Shown here: one piece after another, positions 43,618-52,699 of the stretch
Numbering within the stretch: the stretch's first letter is position 1
How the letters are laid out: each line of letters starts with the position of its first letter
From: Truepera sp.
GTDB taxonomy: Bacteria; Deinococcota; Deinococci; Deinococcales; Trueperaceae
Direction of reading: 5' to 3'
DNA length: 64,000 nucleotides
Assembly (NCBI GenBank): GCA_965218435.1
Contig: CBDCKW010000009.1
Span: forward strand, 3,008,001-3,072,000
Translations under genes and position numbers: made by a program
The notes under the pieces: generated by a model
Told to the model about the DNA's origin: nothing
The model's input: only the letters and a program-made list of their open reading frames with translations
Databases searched by the model: none

Positions 43618-44253
43618 CTAAAGAGGGATGAGCACCACCGGCTCACGGGTTGGAAAGCTGCGTTCAGAAGGCTCGAGGCTTACAGCAAAGGTGCTCCCTA
43701 GAGCGAGCGGACGTTCGGTAAAAAAGGTGTGTCCCTGCCACACGCCGAGGAGCCGCGGAACACCGCCTACAACTTCCCAGGCGTGAAATATCTGGTCTTC
43801 AGCAGGCAAGTTGTCAAAGGCTATAAACAGTCGCCGGTCAGGTAGCCGCACCACGTCACCGACGATCTGGCCGCGCACATCGAGGAGCGGGTCGGCGACA
43901 GCGCCCGGTCTCGAGCGGTACGCCTCGAACTCTTTGCGGACCTCGGCAGGCGGCGCTTGCCCAAGCAGCCAGAGTGCGGCGGCAGCTTTAGCGGCCAACC
44001 CCAGCCCGAGGCCCCAGCGCCAAGCCGGGGTTTTTGAGTCAGCACGAACCTCACTTAGCAGCGCCTCCACCGCACTCGCGGGTTGAGGAACAGGGGTTAA
44101 CGTCATGACCAGCTCGCTCAGGGCGTCTTGGTAGCCGCTGACGACAGCCGCCGCCCCCGGCTGCGCTTCCAGATACGCTTCAACCTCGAGTTCAGCCTCG
44201 GGCGAAAGCGTCCCCAAGGCGTAGGCGACTAAGGTGTCGCCGTCTATCATCAC
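43618..44253 (-). CDS. anti-sigma factor, RskA-like
   Basis: LVAYALGTLSPEAELEVEAYL N-terminus, central TM, C-terminal LP...FHAW...FAVSLEP. Confidence 0.8.
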   Translation of the reverse strand: MMIDGDTLVAYALGTLSPEAELEVEAYLEAQPGAAAVVSGYQDALSELVMTLTPVPQPASAVEALLSEVRADSKTPAWRWGLGLGLAAKAAAALWLLGQAPPAEVRKEFEAYRSRPGAVADPLLDVRGQIVGDVVRLPDRRLFIAFDNLPAEDQIFHAWEVVGGVPRLLGVWQGHTFFTERPLALGSTFAVSLEPSERSFPTREPVVLIPL

Positions 44254-44792
44254 GGTTTCCGCCTTGCTGCGCGGCTCAGCTGCTCTAAAGCAGTGCGCAA
44301 CTCTTGCTTAACCGTTTCTACGGGTTGGCCCGTCAGCTCTGCCAAGGCTTGGTCGGTATAGCCTTGAAAGAAGGCGCACTCCAGCAGGTCATGAGGAGCC
44401 GTGACGCTACGCCCCGGCAAACTCGGGTTCTGTTCAGCCTCGTCTTTGGTATCGTCACCGGTTTGTAAAAACAGTGCTTGATCCTTTGCAACTTGTGGGG
44501 CGGACTCTTGTTCGCGGACGTCTCTGAACAGGCGGTGACTCAGCGTAATCAGCCAAGTTTTCGCACTCGTCTCGTGGGGACTAAAGTCTGCCGCCGCCGC
44601 CCAAGCCTTGACGAACGCAGCCTGAACAGCAGCGTCGGCCTCAGCCGGAGCGTTCAGCATGTGTCTCGCCAGGGCGGTAAGGTGAGGGGCGTAACGACGA
44701 TGAAGTTCGACCAGCGCCTGCTCACTACCTGCAGCCATCTGCAAGACCAGCTGTTCGTCGGAGGTCGTTACTCCGTGATCGTCCCCTGTCAC
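44250..44792 (-). CDS. ECF sigma-70 factor (SigK-like, diverged)
   Basis: SDEQLVLQMAAGSEQALVELHRRY, region-2 KTWLITL, region-4 AFFQGYT..ALAELTGQPVETVK; overlaps the anti-sigma gene. Confidence 0.8.
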   Translation of the reverse strand: MTGDDHGVTTSDEQLVLQMAAGSEQALVELHRRYAPHLTALARHMLNAPAEADAAVQAAFVKAWAAAADFSPHETSAKTWLITLSHRLFRDVREQESAPQVAKDQALFLQTGDDTKDEAEQNPSLPGRSVTAPHDLLECAFFQGYTDQALAELTGQPVETVKQELRTALEQLSRAARRKP

Positions 44793-45272
44793 GTTGTTGT
44801 CAAGGATACGGGTAGAAACGAAATTATGCTAGCTCCGCGCTACATTTTCAGGCGGCGTAAGGCACGCTCATCACTACTCAGTCAAATATTGCAGCCGTTT
44901 ATCTCGAGAAGCGCCGTAAGAGGAACATAGGAAAAGCCTTATAGGAGAAGCACCGAGGTCAGCGTTTTCAACACTGACTGGACCTATCACGACGGTCTAC
45001 GGCTTGCGACTATCAGCAGCTCACTTGAGGAGCTGGCGAAATACAAGCCGGAACAACTTAGGTCGTCCGGTGGGCTGAACAGCTCGAGCAACGAGGCAGT
45101 GCGGCTCGTCGTCAAACGGACACCGGGGATTTTACTGAGGGTTTGGCGTCTGGTCGTGCCCAGGCGTTGAGGTCTTCTTTAGTTTGGAGGCAGTAGTTTT
45201 CGTTTGGCACAAGTAGCATGTGCGTGCCGGTCAGCAGAACTTGGGAGAGCACCGCTGACCGGGCCGTGAGGC

Positions 45273-47036
45273 TCAGTTCTTAGAGAGTTTGCGCCACAAG
45301 TAAGCGCCGCTCAGCATGGGGTTGACGTACGTGCCTTTAAGGTTGGCGCGTTGCACCAAAAAAGGAACGCCTTGCGGCAGCAGCACATAGGTCGAGAGAT
45401 CATACCCGCGTTCGGCAATCTGGCGGTAGAGCTTGACCCGCTCCTGTACATCAAAGCTCGAGCGCGCCCGCTTATCCCACGCGTCAATCTGCTTGTCGGA
45501 AAAATTAATTGAGTTAGCGTAGTAGCCGTCGGTTTGATAAAAGGTGTGCATGTAGTTGTCGGGGTCGGCGAAGTCGGGAATCCAGCCGTTAATCACCACC
45601 GGCAAAAAACCCCGCAGACTCTGGTCTAAAAAGTCGGGCCAGGCGATACCGCGTACCTGCACCTTAAATTTTGGATTTAAGAACTCGAGGTTCGACTTGA
45701 TAATTTCAGCGACCGCTTGATGGGCCTGCGTCCCGCTGCTGTAGGTAATCGTAAACTGAAATCCCTTCTCCCACACCTGACCGTTCCAGGCCGCGCGGCA
45801 GGCTTTTTCGGCAGCGTCTGGGTCGTAGCTGTAGGTCGGCACTTCGGGGTCATAGCCCAGATAAGAGGGCGGCAGCGCCATCGTCAGCTTTTGGCCGTAT
45901 CCCTGAAGTACCTGATCGATATACGCCTCCGGGTCAAACGAATAGTTGATACACTTGCGGACATTTTCGTCGCTAAAAAAGTCCGCCGGAATCCCCCGGC
46001 CGTCAAGTTTGCCCGACCCGAGGCTGGCGTTATTGTCGGCGACGACCGCCTGATTCATAAACACGGCGCTGACCAAAGTTGACGACCAGTTGAGGCTGGG
46101 GTCGGTCGCGGCGTCGCGGACGGTGATTCCAGGTTGACCTTCGACCTGACTGAGGGCGGCGCGCTCGAGGCCCACCACATCGGCGTCGCCTTGTTGCAAC
46201 GCTAAGATACGCGCAGCTTGGTCGTCAACGATCTGAACTTGCACATTTTGAACCTTGGGCGCACCGCCCCAATAATCAGGGAACGCTTCGGCGATCACGC
46301 GGTCGCCGGTCTGCCAGTTGACCAGCTGGTACGCGCCGGTTCCGCTCATATGGTCTTGCAGATAGTGTTGCCGCAAATCGGCCCCGATCCACTCACGCCA
46401 GGTCGCTTCGGTGCCGTCCCACATGCCGTTTTTAACGGCCCACGCTTTGTCAACGATAGACGCGCCGTAAAAGATGGTCTTAGCGAAAAAAGCCGGGTCA
46501 GCTTGCGCCAAGTTGAACTGCACCGTAAAACCGTCCGGCCCGTCAGGGCACGTTACGCTTTGGTCAATTTTTTTGTAAAAGTCGGCGTACTGTTTGTCAG
46601 TTGCGTCGTCGCCGAGTTCAGCCGTCGCGTTGCCGTAGTAGCCGGTTAAGGGCTCCATCAAAATCCAACCGCCTGAATCGGCAGGGTTGACGACGAGCAG
46701 CCGCTTTAAGGAATACTCAACATCCTTGCAGCTAAAGGGATTCCCACTGTGAAATTTAACGTCCTGACGCAAGGTAAAAGTAAACGTCAGGTTGTCGCTC
46801 GAGACTTTGTACGCGGTGGCGAGGCGCGGCTCGTATTCGGTCACGCTCTCACCCTTGTAGCCGTAGAGCGTCTCGTAGACGTTTTCGATAATCTGACCCG
46901 AGGCGATGTCATACGCCTGCGCGGGGTCTAAGGTGTTGACGTCCGCCGTACTTTGAACGATAAAGGTGTCTTGCCTTCCCTGCGCAAGTCCTCCGCTGAG
47001 ACCGAGTGCTAAAAGTGCGAGCAATAGTTTTTTCAC
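45273..47036 (-). CDS. peptide ABC transporter substrate-binding protein (family 5)
   Basis: Signal peptide, TLDPAQAYD, NVYETL, FHSGNPF..KDVEYS, GTGAY, GWIPDFADPDNY. Confidence 0.92.
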   Translation of the reverse strand: MKKLLLALLALGLSGGLAQGRQDTFIVQSTADVNTLDPAQAYDIASGQIIENVYETLYGYKGESVTEYEPRLATAYKVSSDNLTFTFTLRQDVKFHSGNPFSCKDVEYSLKRLLVVNPADSGGWILMEPLTGYYGNATAELGDDATDKQYADFYKKIDQSVTCPDGPDGFTVQFNLAQADPAFFAKTIFYGASIVDKAWAVKNGMWDGTEATWREWIGADLRQHYLQDHMSGTGAYQLVNWQTGDRVIAEAFPDYWGGAPKVQNVQVQIVDDQAARILALQQGDADVVGLERAALSQVEGQPGITVRDAATDPSLNWSSTLVSAVFMNQAVVADNNASLGSGKLDGRGIPADFFSDENVRKCINYSFDPEAYIDQVLQGYGQKLTMALPPSYLGYDPEVPTYSYDPDAAEKACRAAWNGQVWEKGFQFTITYSSGTQAHQAVAEIIKSNLEFLNPKFKVQVRGIAWPDFLDQSLRGFLPVVINGWIPDFADPDNYMHTFYQTDGYYANSINFSDKQIDAWDKRARSSFDVQERVKLYRQIAERGYDLSTYVLLPQGVPFLVQRANLKGTYVNPMLSGAYLWRKLSKN

Positions 47037-47130
47037 GTTTCTCCTTTAAGTAACAAAACGGGTTGTTTAGTCCGACTGAACTACCACTAACCTCCTCTCC
47101 GCCGACGAACGTCCTAGTGCTTGCCTGACT

Positions 47131-48231
47131 CTATAGGGCAAAGCGGTGGTACTTTCGTAAAAGAGCTTGAAGCCGGTCGTGAGGTAGGGCGTAGCGGGTG
47201 TTACCGTTCTGCCCCGTCATGTCTGCGGCCGCGACGAGCGTATTGATGACAGCTTCTTCCGTCGCCTGCACCGTCGCCCGAAAAAGAGGCGTCATCAGGT
47301 CGTTGGGCAACATCGGCGCGGTGACCACGTGGTTATCCGTTGCTGCTAAAGGCGCAGTTGAAAAGGCGACAAAAAGTTCACCACTGCCGTTTTCGGCGAC
47401 GCCGCCGGTTCTAGCCAGGCCCATCGAAACGCGGCGGGCGAGCCGCTTGAGCTGATGCGGCAACAAGGGCGCGTCGGTCGCCACGACCGCGATAATCGAG
47501 CCGTATTCTGAGGGCACGGGAGCTTGACCTGGCTGGCCGTAAGTGGGCAGGAGGTCAGGAATCTCTCGGCCCACCGGGACGCCGGCGACCAGCAGGTCTC
47601 CCCGTTCGCCGAAGTTGGCTTGGACTAGGACGCCTACGCTATACGCGCCGAACTCATCTGGCAGTTGCCTCGAGGCCGTACCGGTGCCGCCCTTAAACCC
47701 GTACAACCCCATCCCCGTGCCGCCGCCGACGTTGCCCTCGGCCACCGGCCCTGAAGACGCACGCTCGAGCGCCTCAAACACGTGCGCTTCTCGGACATGA
47801 AAGCCGTTGATGTCGTTTAGAAAGCCGTCGTAGGTTTCGGCGACCACCGGCAAAAGCCACGGTTGTTTCATGCCGCCTGCCCCAACCGCCCATTTGATCA
47901 CGGCGGCGTGGACCGCGCCGACGCTGTGGGTGTTGGTCATCATGATGGGACCCTCGAGTAACCCCGACTCTTCAACCCACGCCATTCCCGTCATCTCACC
48001 GTTACCGTTGTGCGAGTAGCCACCCGCGAAAACAGGTGTGTCCGCGCCCGCCCTGCCCCTCGGCAAAATGGCAGTCACACCGGTTCGGACGGGGCCTTGG
48101 CCGACGACGAGTTTTCCGTCACCTTCAGTAAGGGTGACGTACCCGACTGCAACCCCGGCAACGTCCGTAATGGCGTTGAGCGGACCCGGCTCACCGTCAA
48201 AAGGAACGCCCAACTCGCGTGCTCTAGGCAT
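47131..48231 (-). CDS. DmpA-family (S58/P1) aminopeptidase
   Basis: GPLNAITDVAGVAVG, NGNGEMTG, PVVAETYDGFLND, GNVGGGTGM, autoprocessing GSII...TDAPL. Confidence 0.92.
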   Translation of the reverse strand: MPRARELGVPFDGEPGPLNAITDVAGVAVGYVTLTEGDGKLVVGQGPVRTGVTAILPRGRAGADTPVFAGGYSHNGNGEMTGMAWVEESGLLEGPIMMTNTHSVGAVHAAVIKWAVGAGGMKQPWLLPVVAETYDGFLNDINGFHVREAHVFEALERASSGPVAEGNVGGGTGMGLYGFKGGTGTASRQLPDEFGAYSVGVLVQANFGERGDLLVAGVPVGREIPDLLPTYGQPGQAPVPSEYGSIIAVVATDAPLLPHQLKRLARRVSMGLARTGGVAENGSGELFVAFSTAPLAATDNHVVTAPMLPNDLMTPLFRATVQATEEAVINTLVAAADMTGQNGNTRYALPHDRLQALLRKYHRFAL

Positions 48232-48337
48232 GAGCTGACGACCTGTCCATGAGCGTACAAACGTCTCTACGACTTAGAACGTCGTCGGCTAGGGTCACCA
48301 TCTTTGCTCCCTTCATTATCTGGGGTTGAACAAACAT

Positions 48338-49186
48338 TTACGGCGAAAACGAGATGCTGCTCGCGTTCATCACCGCTCGGAAGGTGCGGTTAAAGGCGAG
48401 GGCGTCGGAGGCGGTATAGGCGACCGTGCGTTCGCCCGCTCTGGTCACCCCCGGAATATAAAGGCACGGGTCGGCCCTAGCCTGATGATCAAAGTCAATC
48501 TCTACGGAAAAATTTGGCGGGAGTGTCCACGGCTTAGCAGCTTTGGTCCGCTCCACAGCCTCTTCTGCCCCTTCGCGGATGAGCTGCTGTGCCCGCTGCG
48601 GGTGCAGATGAAGGGCGCTGAAGGTCGAGTAGCCTTGTTTTACAACCACGCCTACAAGTTGTTCACCGAGTAAAGCCTGAACCTGCGCGACCGCCTTGTC
48701 GTCGCCGGTGACGAGCGTGACCGGAACCCCGAAATGCCCGGCAACCGCCGCGTTCATCCCGAACTCGCCGGTCGAGTGACCATTCAGACGCACGTCGTTG
48801 ACAAAACCCGTCCAGGTGTGGGCCAGCGGTGCGCCCGGTGTCCCGGCTTTGGCGTGATACCCGACGTAAAAAACGGCGGCGACGCCTTCTTGCACTCCTT
48901 GCACCATACCGAGTTCTTTGTCGCTACCGGTGATAAAGCGAACCTCGGGGTGGAGTTCTTCGGGCACGAGGTTGCGCATCCCGTTGTGCGAATCGTTGAC
49001 GATCACTTCAGCGCCAGCGGCGAGCGCACCTTCTGCGGCGGCGTTGACCTCACGCGTCAGCCGAGTACGCGCCCGCTCGTATTCGGCGGTTGAGGTGTGC
49101 GGCGTGCCGTATTCGGGCGGCGTAACCTGAACCCAATGAGTTACGCCGCACACCCCTTCCATGTCAGCCGAGATAAGAATCTTCAT
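48338..49186 (-). CDS. dppA: M55-family D-aminopeptidase (DppA)
   Basis: MKILISADMEG, VNDSH, GYHAKAG, LAHT, GE.G.NA, VTGDD. Confidence 0.92.
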   Translation of the reverse strand: MKILISADMEGVCGVTHWVQVTPPEYGTPHTSTAEYERARTRLTREVNAAAEGALAAGAEVIVNDSHNGMRNLVPEELHPEVRFITGSDKELGMVQGVQEGVAAVFYVGYHAKAGTPGAPLAHTWTGFVNDVRLNGHSTGEFGMNAAVAGHFGVPVTLVTGDDKAVAQVQALLGEQLVGVVVKQGYSTFSALHLHPQRAQQLIREGAEEAVERTKAAKPWTLPPNFSVEIDFDHQARADPCLYIPGVTRAGERTVAYTASDALAFNRTFRAVMNASSISFSP

Positions 49187-49359
49187 CCGACCTCCCCACT
49201 AATGTCACACGCAAAAAGAGATAGTAGGCCACCTCTCATTGAGACTATACAAAAATGTGCGGTGGTTCTTCAAACAGTGCGGCTTCGGTACCTTAATTCA
49301 TGTTTGAATGACCTGAAACCGGTTGATCTAACGGTTTGACCTAAAACCGGTGCCTCAGT

Positions 49360-49555
49360 CAGGACTTACGCATGTGACAAGGTTTCACCGGCAAAGGTAA
49401 CGTACAGCTTTCGGTGGCACTGCCGACCTTCGCGCAACTTTTGCACTGTCAGTGTTGGCGACGTTGGTAGAAAGAAACCTATAAGCTGGTTGACCCTGAG
49501 CACGGCAGTGACGGAGACACAAAAACTTCGCTGTAATCCATAGGCGTAAGCCCCG
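49360..49555. mobile_element. MITE-like element, family A, copy 2
   Basis: caggacttacgca...ggcgtaagccccg; colinear with 23949-24149 along its length; left flank also ctcagt. Confidence 0.82.
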
Positions 49556-49639
49556 CTAGACGTCTCCGAGCGTCATAACGACGTCAACTTGACGCTCGCG
49601 GAAAGACAGAGGGCTCGAGACGCCCTTTAAGAAAATACA

Positions 49640-49754
49640 CTAGAACCTATCTCAAAAATGGCTTTCTAGCGTGAGAGCGTCCTATCTTACTCGCCTAGCT
49701 CGGTCAAACCCTCACCGGGCTCCGCCCGCCAAGGGTTTTTGAGATGGCTTCTAG
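49640..49754. mobile_element. MITE-like element, family B, CTAG-bounded
   Basis: ctag-aacctatctcaaaaa ... tttttgagatggctt-ctag. Confidence 0.7.
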
Positions 49755-49772
49755 CTACTACTGACGACTAAT

Positions 49773-49802
49773 GCACATACATGTGCGCTAGTGGAGTATG
49801 CT
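49773..49802 (+). promoter_or_regulatory. putative TA operator palindrome and -10 box
   Basis: gcacat-ac-atgtgc followed by tatgct, upstream of the antitoxin. Confidence 0.5.
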
Positions 49803-49819
49803 AACAGTAGAGGTAAACG

Positions 49820-50047
49820 ATGCCCCAACTCCATTTTTACGTCCCTGACGACGTAGCTAAACAGATTCAAGAAAAGGCTAAGGCCAAAAACCTGAGCGTG
49901 TCGAAGTACGTTGCTGAAATGGTGCAGCGTGAAACGCATTCAGGATGGCCTGAAGGTTATTTTGAGCGTGTCGTCGGCAAGTGGCAAGGCGAGCCGCTCG
50001 AGCGGCCCGAAGAGCTACTCACCGAAGAGCAAGACTCTTTTGATTGA
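49820..50047 (+). CDS. antitoxin (ribbon-helix-helix-like, VapB)
   Basis: MPQLHFYVPDDVA...AKAKNLSVSKYVAEMV; immediately upstream of the PIN toxin. Confidence 0.8.
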   Translation: MPQLHFYVPDDVAKQIQEKAKAKNLSVSKYVAEMVQRETHSGWPEGYFERVVGKWQGEPLERPEELLTEEQDSFD

Positions 50048-50071
50048 GCTTTTAGCTGCGCCGCTTACGAG

Positions 50072-50485
50072 ATGACCTATTTGCTCGACGCCAATGCCTG
50101 CGTTCACCTCCTTAACGGCACTTCAGCTTCCCTTTTAGAACGGTTTCGCCGCGAAAGTCCGTCGACTTTACGTATGTCGTCAGTTGTCAAGGCAGAACGG
50201 GCTTTTGGCGCACGCAACTCGAGCCGACCTGCGGAAAACTTACGCCTGATCGCGTCTTTTTGGGAGCCGTTTGAAAGCTTGCCGTTTGACGACCCCTGCG
50301 CAGAGCAGTACGGTCTTATCCGCGCCGAACTCAAACGCCAAGGGCGGTTAATCGGCGCTAACGACATGTTGATTGCGGCTACCGCCCTAGCTCGTGACGT
50401 GACGCTAATCACGCACAACACGCGGGAGTTCGCGCGGGTACCAGGATTAAAGCTCGAGGATTGGGAAACGCCTGCAGGAACGTAA
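50072..50485 (+). CDS. vapC: VapC PIN-domain toxin
   Basis: YLLDAN, VVKAE, LPFD, YGLIRAELKRQGRLIGANDMLIAA, THNTREF.RVPGLKLEDW. Confidence 0.93.
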   Translation: MTYLLDANACVHLLNGTSASLLERFRRESPSTLRMSSVVKAERAFGARNSSRPAENLRLIASFWEPFESLPFDDPCAEQYGLIRAELKRQGRLIGANDMLIAATALARDVTLITHNTREFARVPGLKLEDWETPAGT

Positions 50486-50759
50486 CGACAACGCTGTCGC
50501 CCAAATCATAAGGGCAGCGTTACCAGGACGACTAAGGACTGTGGCACAACAAAGTCAAGACCAGACGACGTTTGCTGCAGCTGCCGGGCGTTTGAACCAT
50601 ACCGTTTGAACAGCAGTGCTTGACTTCTGTGCTCGAGTTCAAATAGGGACAATTTACGCTATCTAAGGCGCAGACATCGTTCTATAATTGAACAACTTTA
50701 TGAGCTTACCGGGCACTTTTCGGCGCAGGGCGAGTTTTAAGCAACTCCCTACATTAGAA

Positions 50760-51089
50760 ATGTGCCGTTTTAGCTCCCCTGCTCGGCTGAGGGTGGCCGC
50801 ATCTACCGGCCTCGTCACGCTGCTTATCGGTTGGCTCGTGGTCGCACTCTTTTTGGCCCCTTATTGGTCGGCGCAGACGAACTTTCCGGGGCATCAGCAT
50901 CCCAAGGGGACACCGCCGCATACGCACAGCATCGAAGCTGTTCTCGGTCACGCCGTTATGGTGGCTGCGGTCACTGCCGTATTCTTCATACTGCAAGCTT
51001 TCGAGTCGCTACTGTTACCACCCGTTTTGTGGCTCGAGCGCACCCTCCCCAAAAGAGCCCACGGGAGCCGCGCGCCACCACTTTTCTAA
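50760..51089 (+). CDS. putative RAPP arrest-motif leader peptide with His-rich loop (start uncertain: 50700 or 50760)
   Basis: Hydrophobic helix, GHQHPKGTPPHTHS, second hydrophobic segment, C-terminal GSRAPPLF-stop; upstream of copC. Confidence 0.7.
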   Translation: MCRFSSPARLRVAASTGLVTLLIGWLVVALFLAPYWSAQTNFPGHQHPKGTPPHTHSIEAVLGHAVMVAAVTAVFFILQAFESLLLPPVLWLERTLPKRAHGSRAPPLF

Positions 51090-51320
51090 ACGCTCGGCAA
51101 TCAGCCCCTGGCAGAGCTTTGCCTTAACGGAGACGAATCCCGTTGCTGTAACGCTTTATAACACCGTCCAGAGCTCATCGCTTGCAGCGAGCATTTCCAC
51201 AAACACGACACTTAAACGATCACGACACTTAATGCAACACTTAATGTGCGTACCCAGCGGCATTTTCTCAACTGAGAGAATTGCCAACCAGCTGACACCT
51301 ATAGCTTTAGAAAGGCACTG

Positions 51321-51752
51321 ATGAAAACACCCCTGCTATGCACGGTTTTGACATGTATTTTGACCCTTGGAACCCTGAGCTTCGCCCACAGCAGCTTGGT
51401 CTCTTCAAGTCCTAAAGACGACAGCACCGTCAAGGAGCGCCCTACTCAGATCAGCATGACGTTTTCCGAAGAGGTCGAACCGCAATTTTCTACCTTTGTG
51501 GTCTACCCGCTCGGTCAAGAAAAAGATCACGAGGCGCTCGAGGAAAAAGCCGACACCCTCTTGCCTCAAGTCCTGAGTAAGCCTGACGGCAACCAAGTGA
51601 ACGCTAAGCTGACGACCCAAGAGGCGAGCGATACCATCACCTTGGCGCTGCCCAAAGACCTGAAACCCGGCAGTTACGCGGTCATGTGGCGGGCACTCTC
51701 CGTTGATACGCATACCGTCCAAGACCTGATGGTGTTCACCTATCAGCCCTGA
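51321..51752 (+). CDS. copC: copper-binding protein CopC
   Basis: Signal peptide cleavage before His (FA|HSSLVSSSP), FSEEVEP.FS, W..LS.DTH. Confidence 0.9.
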   Translation: MKTPLLCTVLTCILTLGTLSFAHSSLVSSSPKDDSTVKERPTQISMTFSEEVEPQFSTFVVYPLGQEKDHEALEEKADTLLPQVLSKPDGNQVNAKLTTQEASDTITLALPKDLKPGSYAVMWRALSVDTHTVQDLMVFTYQP

Positions 51753-51754
51753 GC

Positions 51755-52699
51755 TTGATAGCACTCGCGCTCGTTAAAGCACTGCTTTTGCTAGGAGCCA
51801 TCTTGCTCGTGGGCAGCGGCGTGACGGCGACGATTGTTGCGCCGGAACTGACTATTACGGGACGCGCCTTACGTCGTCGTATCACCTGGGGAGCCGTCGT
51901 AGGCGCAGGGCTGCTTCTGCTCGGCAGTGCGTTCGACCTCGCGCTGACCCTGCTTAATGCGCTGGGTCGGCTTCCCTCTCGTGACCTAACTACCAGCTAT
52001 CTGGGCAGTACCCGTCACGGTCACGCCATCCTCGTGCGGACGGTGTTGGTCGGCTTGGTTTTACTCTTGACGTTCTGGCTTACCCGCCGTCAAAGCCGCC
52101 CTCAAAACCGTCGGCCCTGGCTTATCGGTATTTACCTTGTCGTAAGCTGTTTGCTCCTGGGTACGTTTAGCTATACGAGTCACGCCGCGGCGATGGGCGG
52201 CACCCCACCGCTATTCGCCGATCTCGCCCATTTTGCCGCCGCAACCGTGTGGGCTGGCCCACTTTTTTATCTCGCGCTCGTGCCGGACTGGGGCGAGCCG
52301 TATCAGACCGGTCTACAAATCGCCTTCAAACGCGTATCGTTTATCGGCCTCCTCAGCGTGCTGACGCTTTTTGCCACGGGCATTTATACGACGCTCGTCC
52401 ATCTGCAAGACCCGGCTCGTTTTGCCACCTCGCCTTACGGTTTCGCGCTTTACGCCAAAGTCGCGCTCGTGCTGATCACCGTAGGCTTGGCGACCGCTAA
52501 CCGTTTCTGGTTGTTACCCGCTTTTTTGCGCCGAGGTGCAGTCCGTTTCAAGAGAGCAGTGCGCCTCGAGAGTGTACTGCTCGTAGCGGTCCTGCTTGCC
52601 ACCGGCGTCCTCACCACCAGCGCCCTGCCTCACGGTTCAGGTGAAGCCGATGCGTGGACTAATTTCGTTCACCTCATTCAGATACTTCAGGGAGACTAA
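51755..52699 (+). CDS. copD: CopD-family copper transport membrane protein
   Basis: SHAAA, DLAHFAAATVWAG, TGIY, SPYG..L..K, ANRF, LES. Confidence 0.88.
   Translation: MIALALVKALLLLGAILLVGSGVTATIVAPELTITGRALRRRITWGAVVGAGLLLLGSAFDLALTLLNALGRLPSRDLTTSYLGSTRHGHAILVRTVLVGLVLLLTFWLTRRQSRPQNRRPWLIGIYLVVSCLLLGTFSYTSHAAAMGGTPPLFADLAHFAAATVWAGPLFYLALVPDWGEPYQTGLQIAFKRVSFIGLLSVLTLFATGIYTTLVHLQDPARFATSPYGFALYAKVALVLITVGLATANRFWLLPAFLRRGAVRFKRAVRLESVLLVAVLLATGVLTTSALPHGSGEADAWTNFVHLIQILQGD

Noticed and set aside
43356..44800. Integrative island at the tRNA 3' end
   Set aside because: AT-rich downstream, but no integrase and no duplicated tRNA 3' end seen in the window
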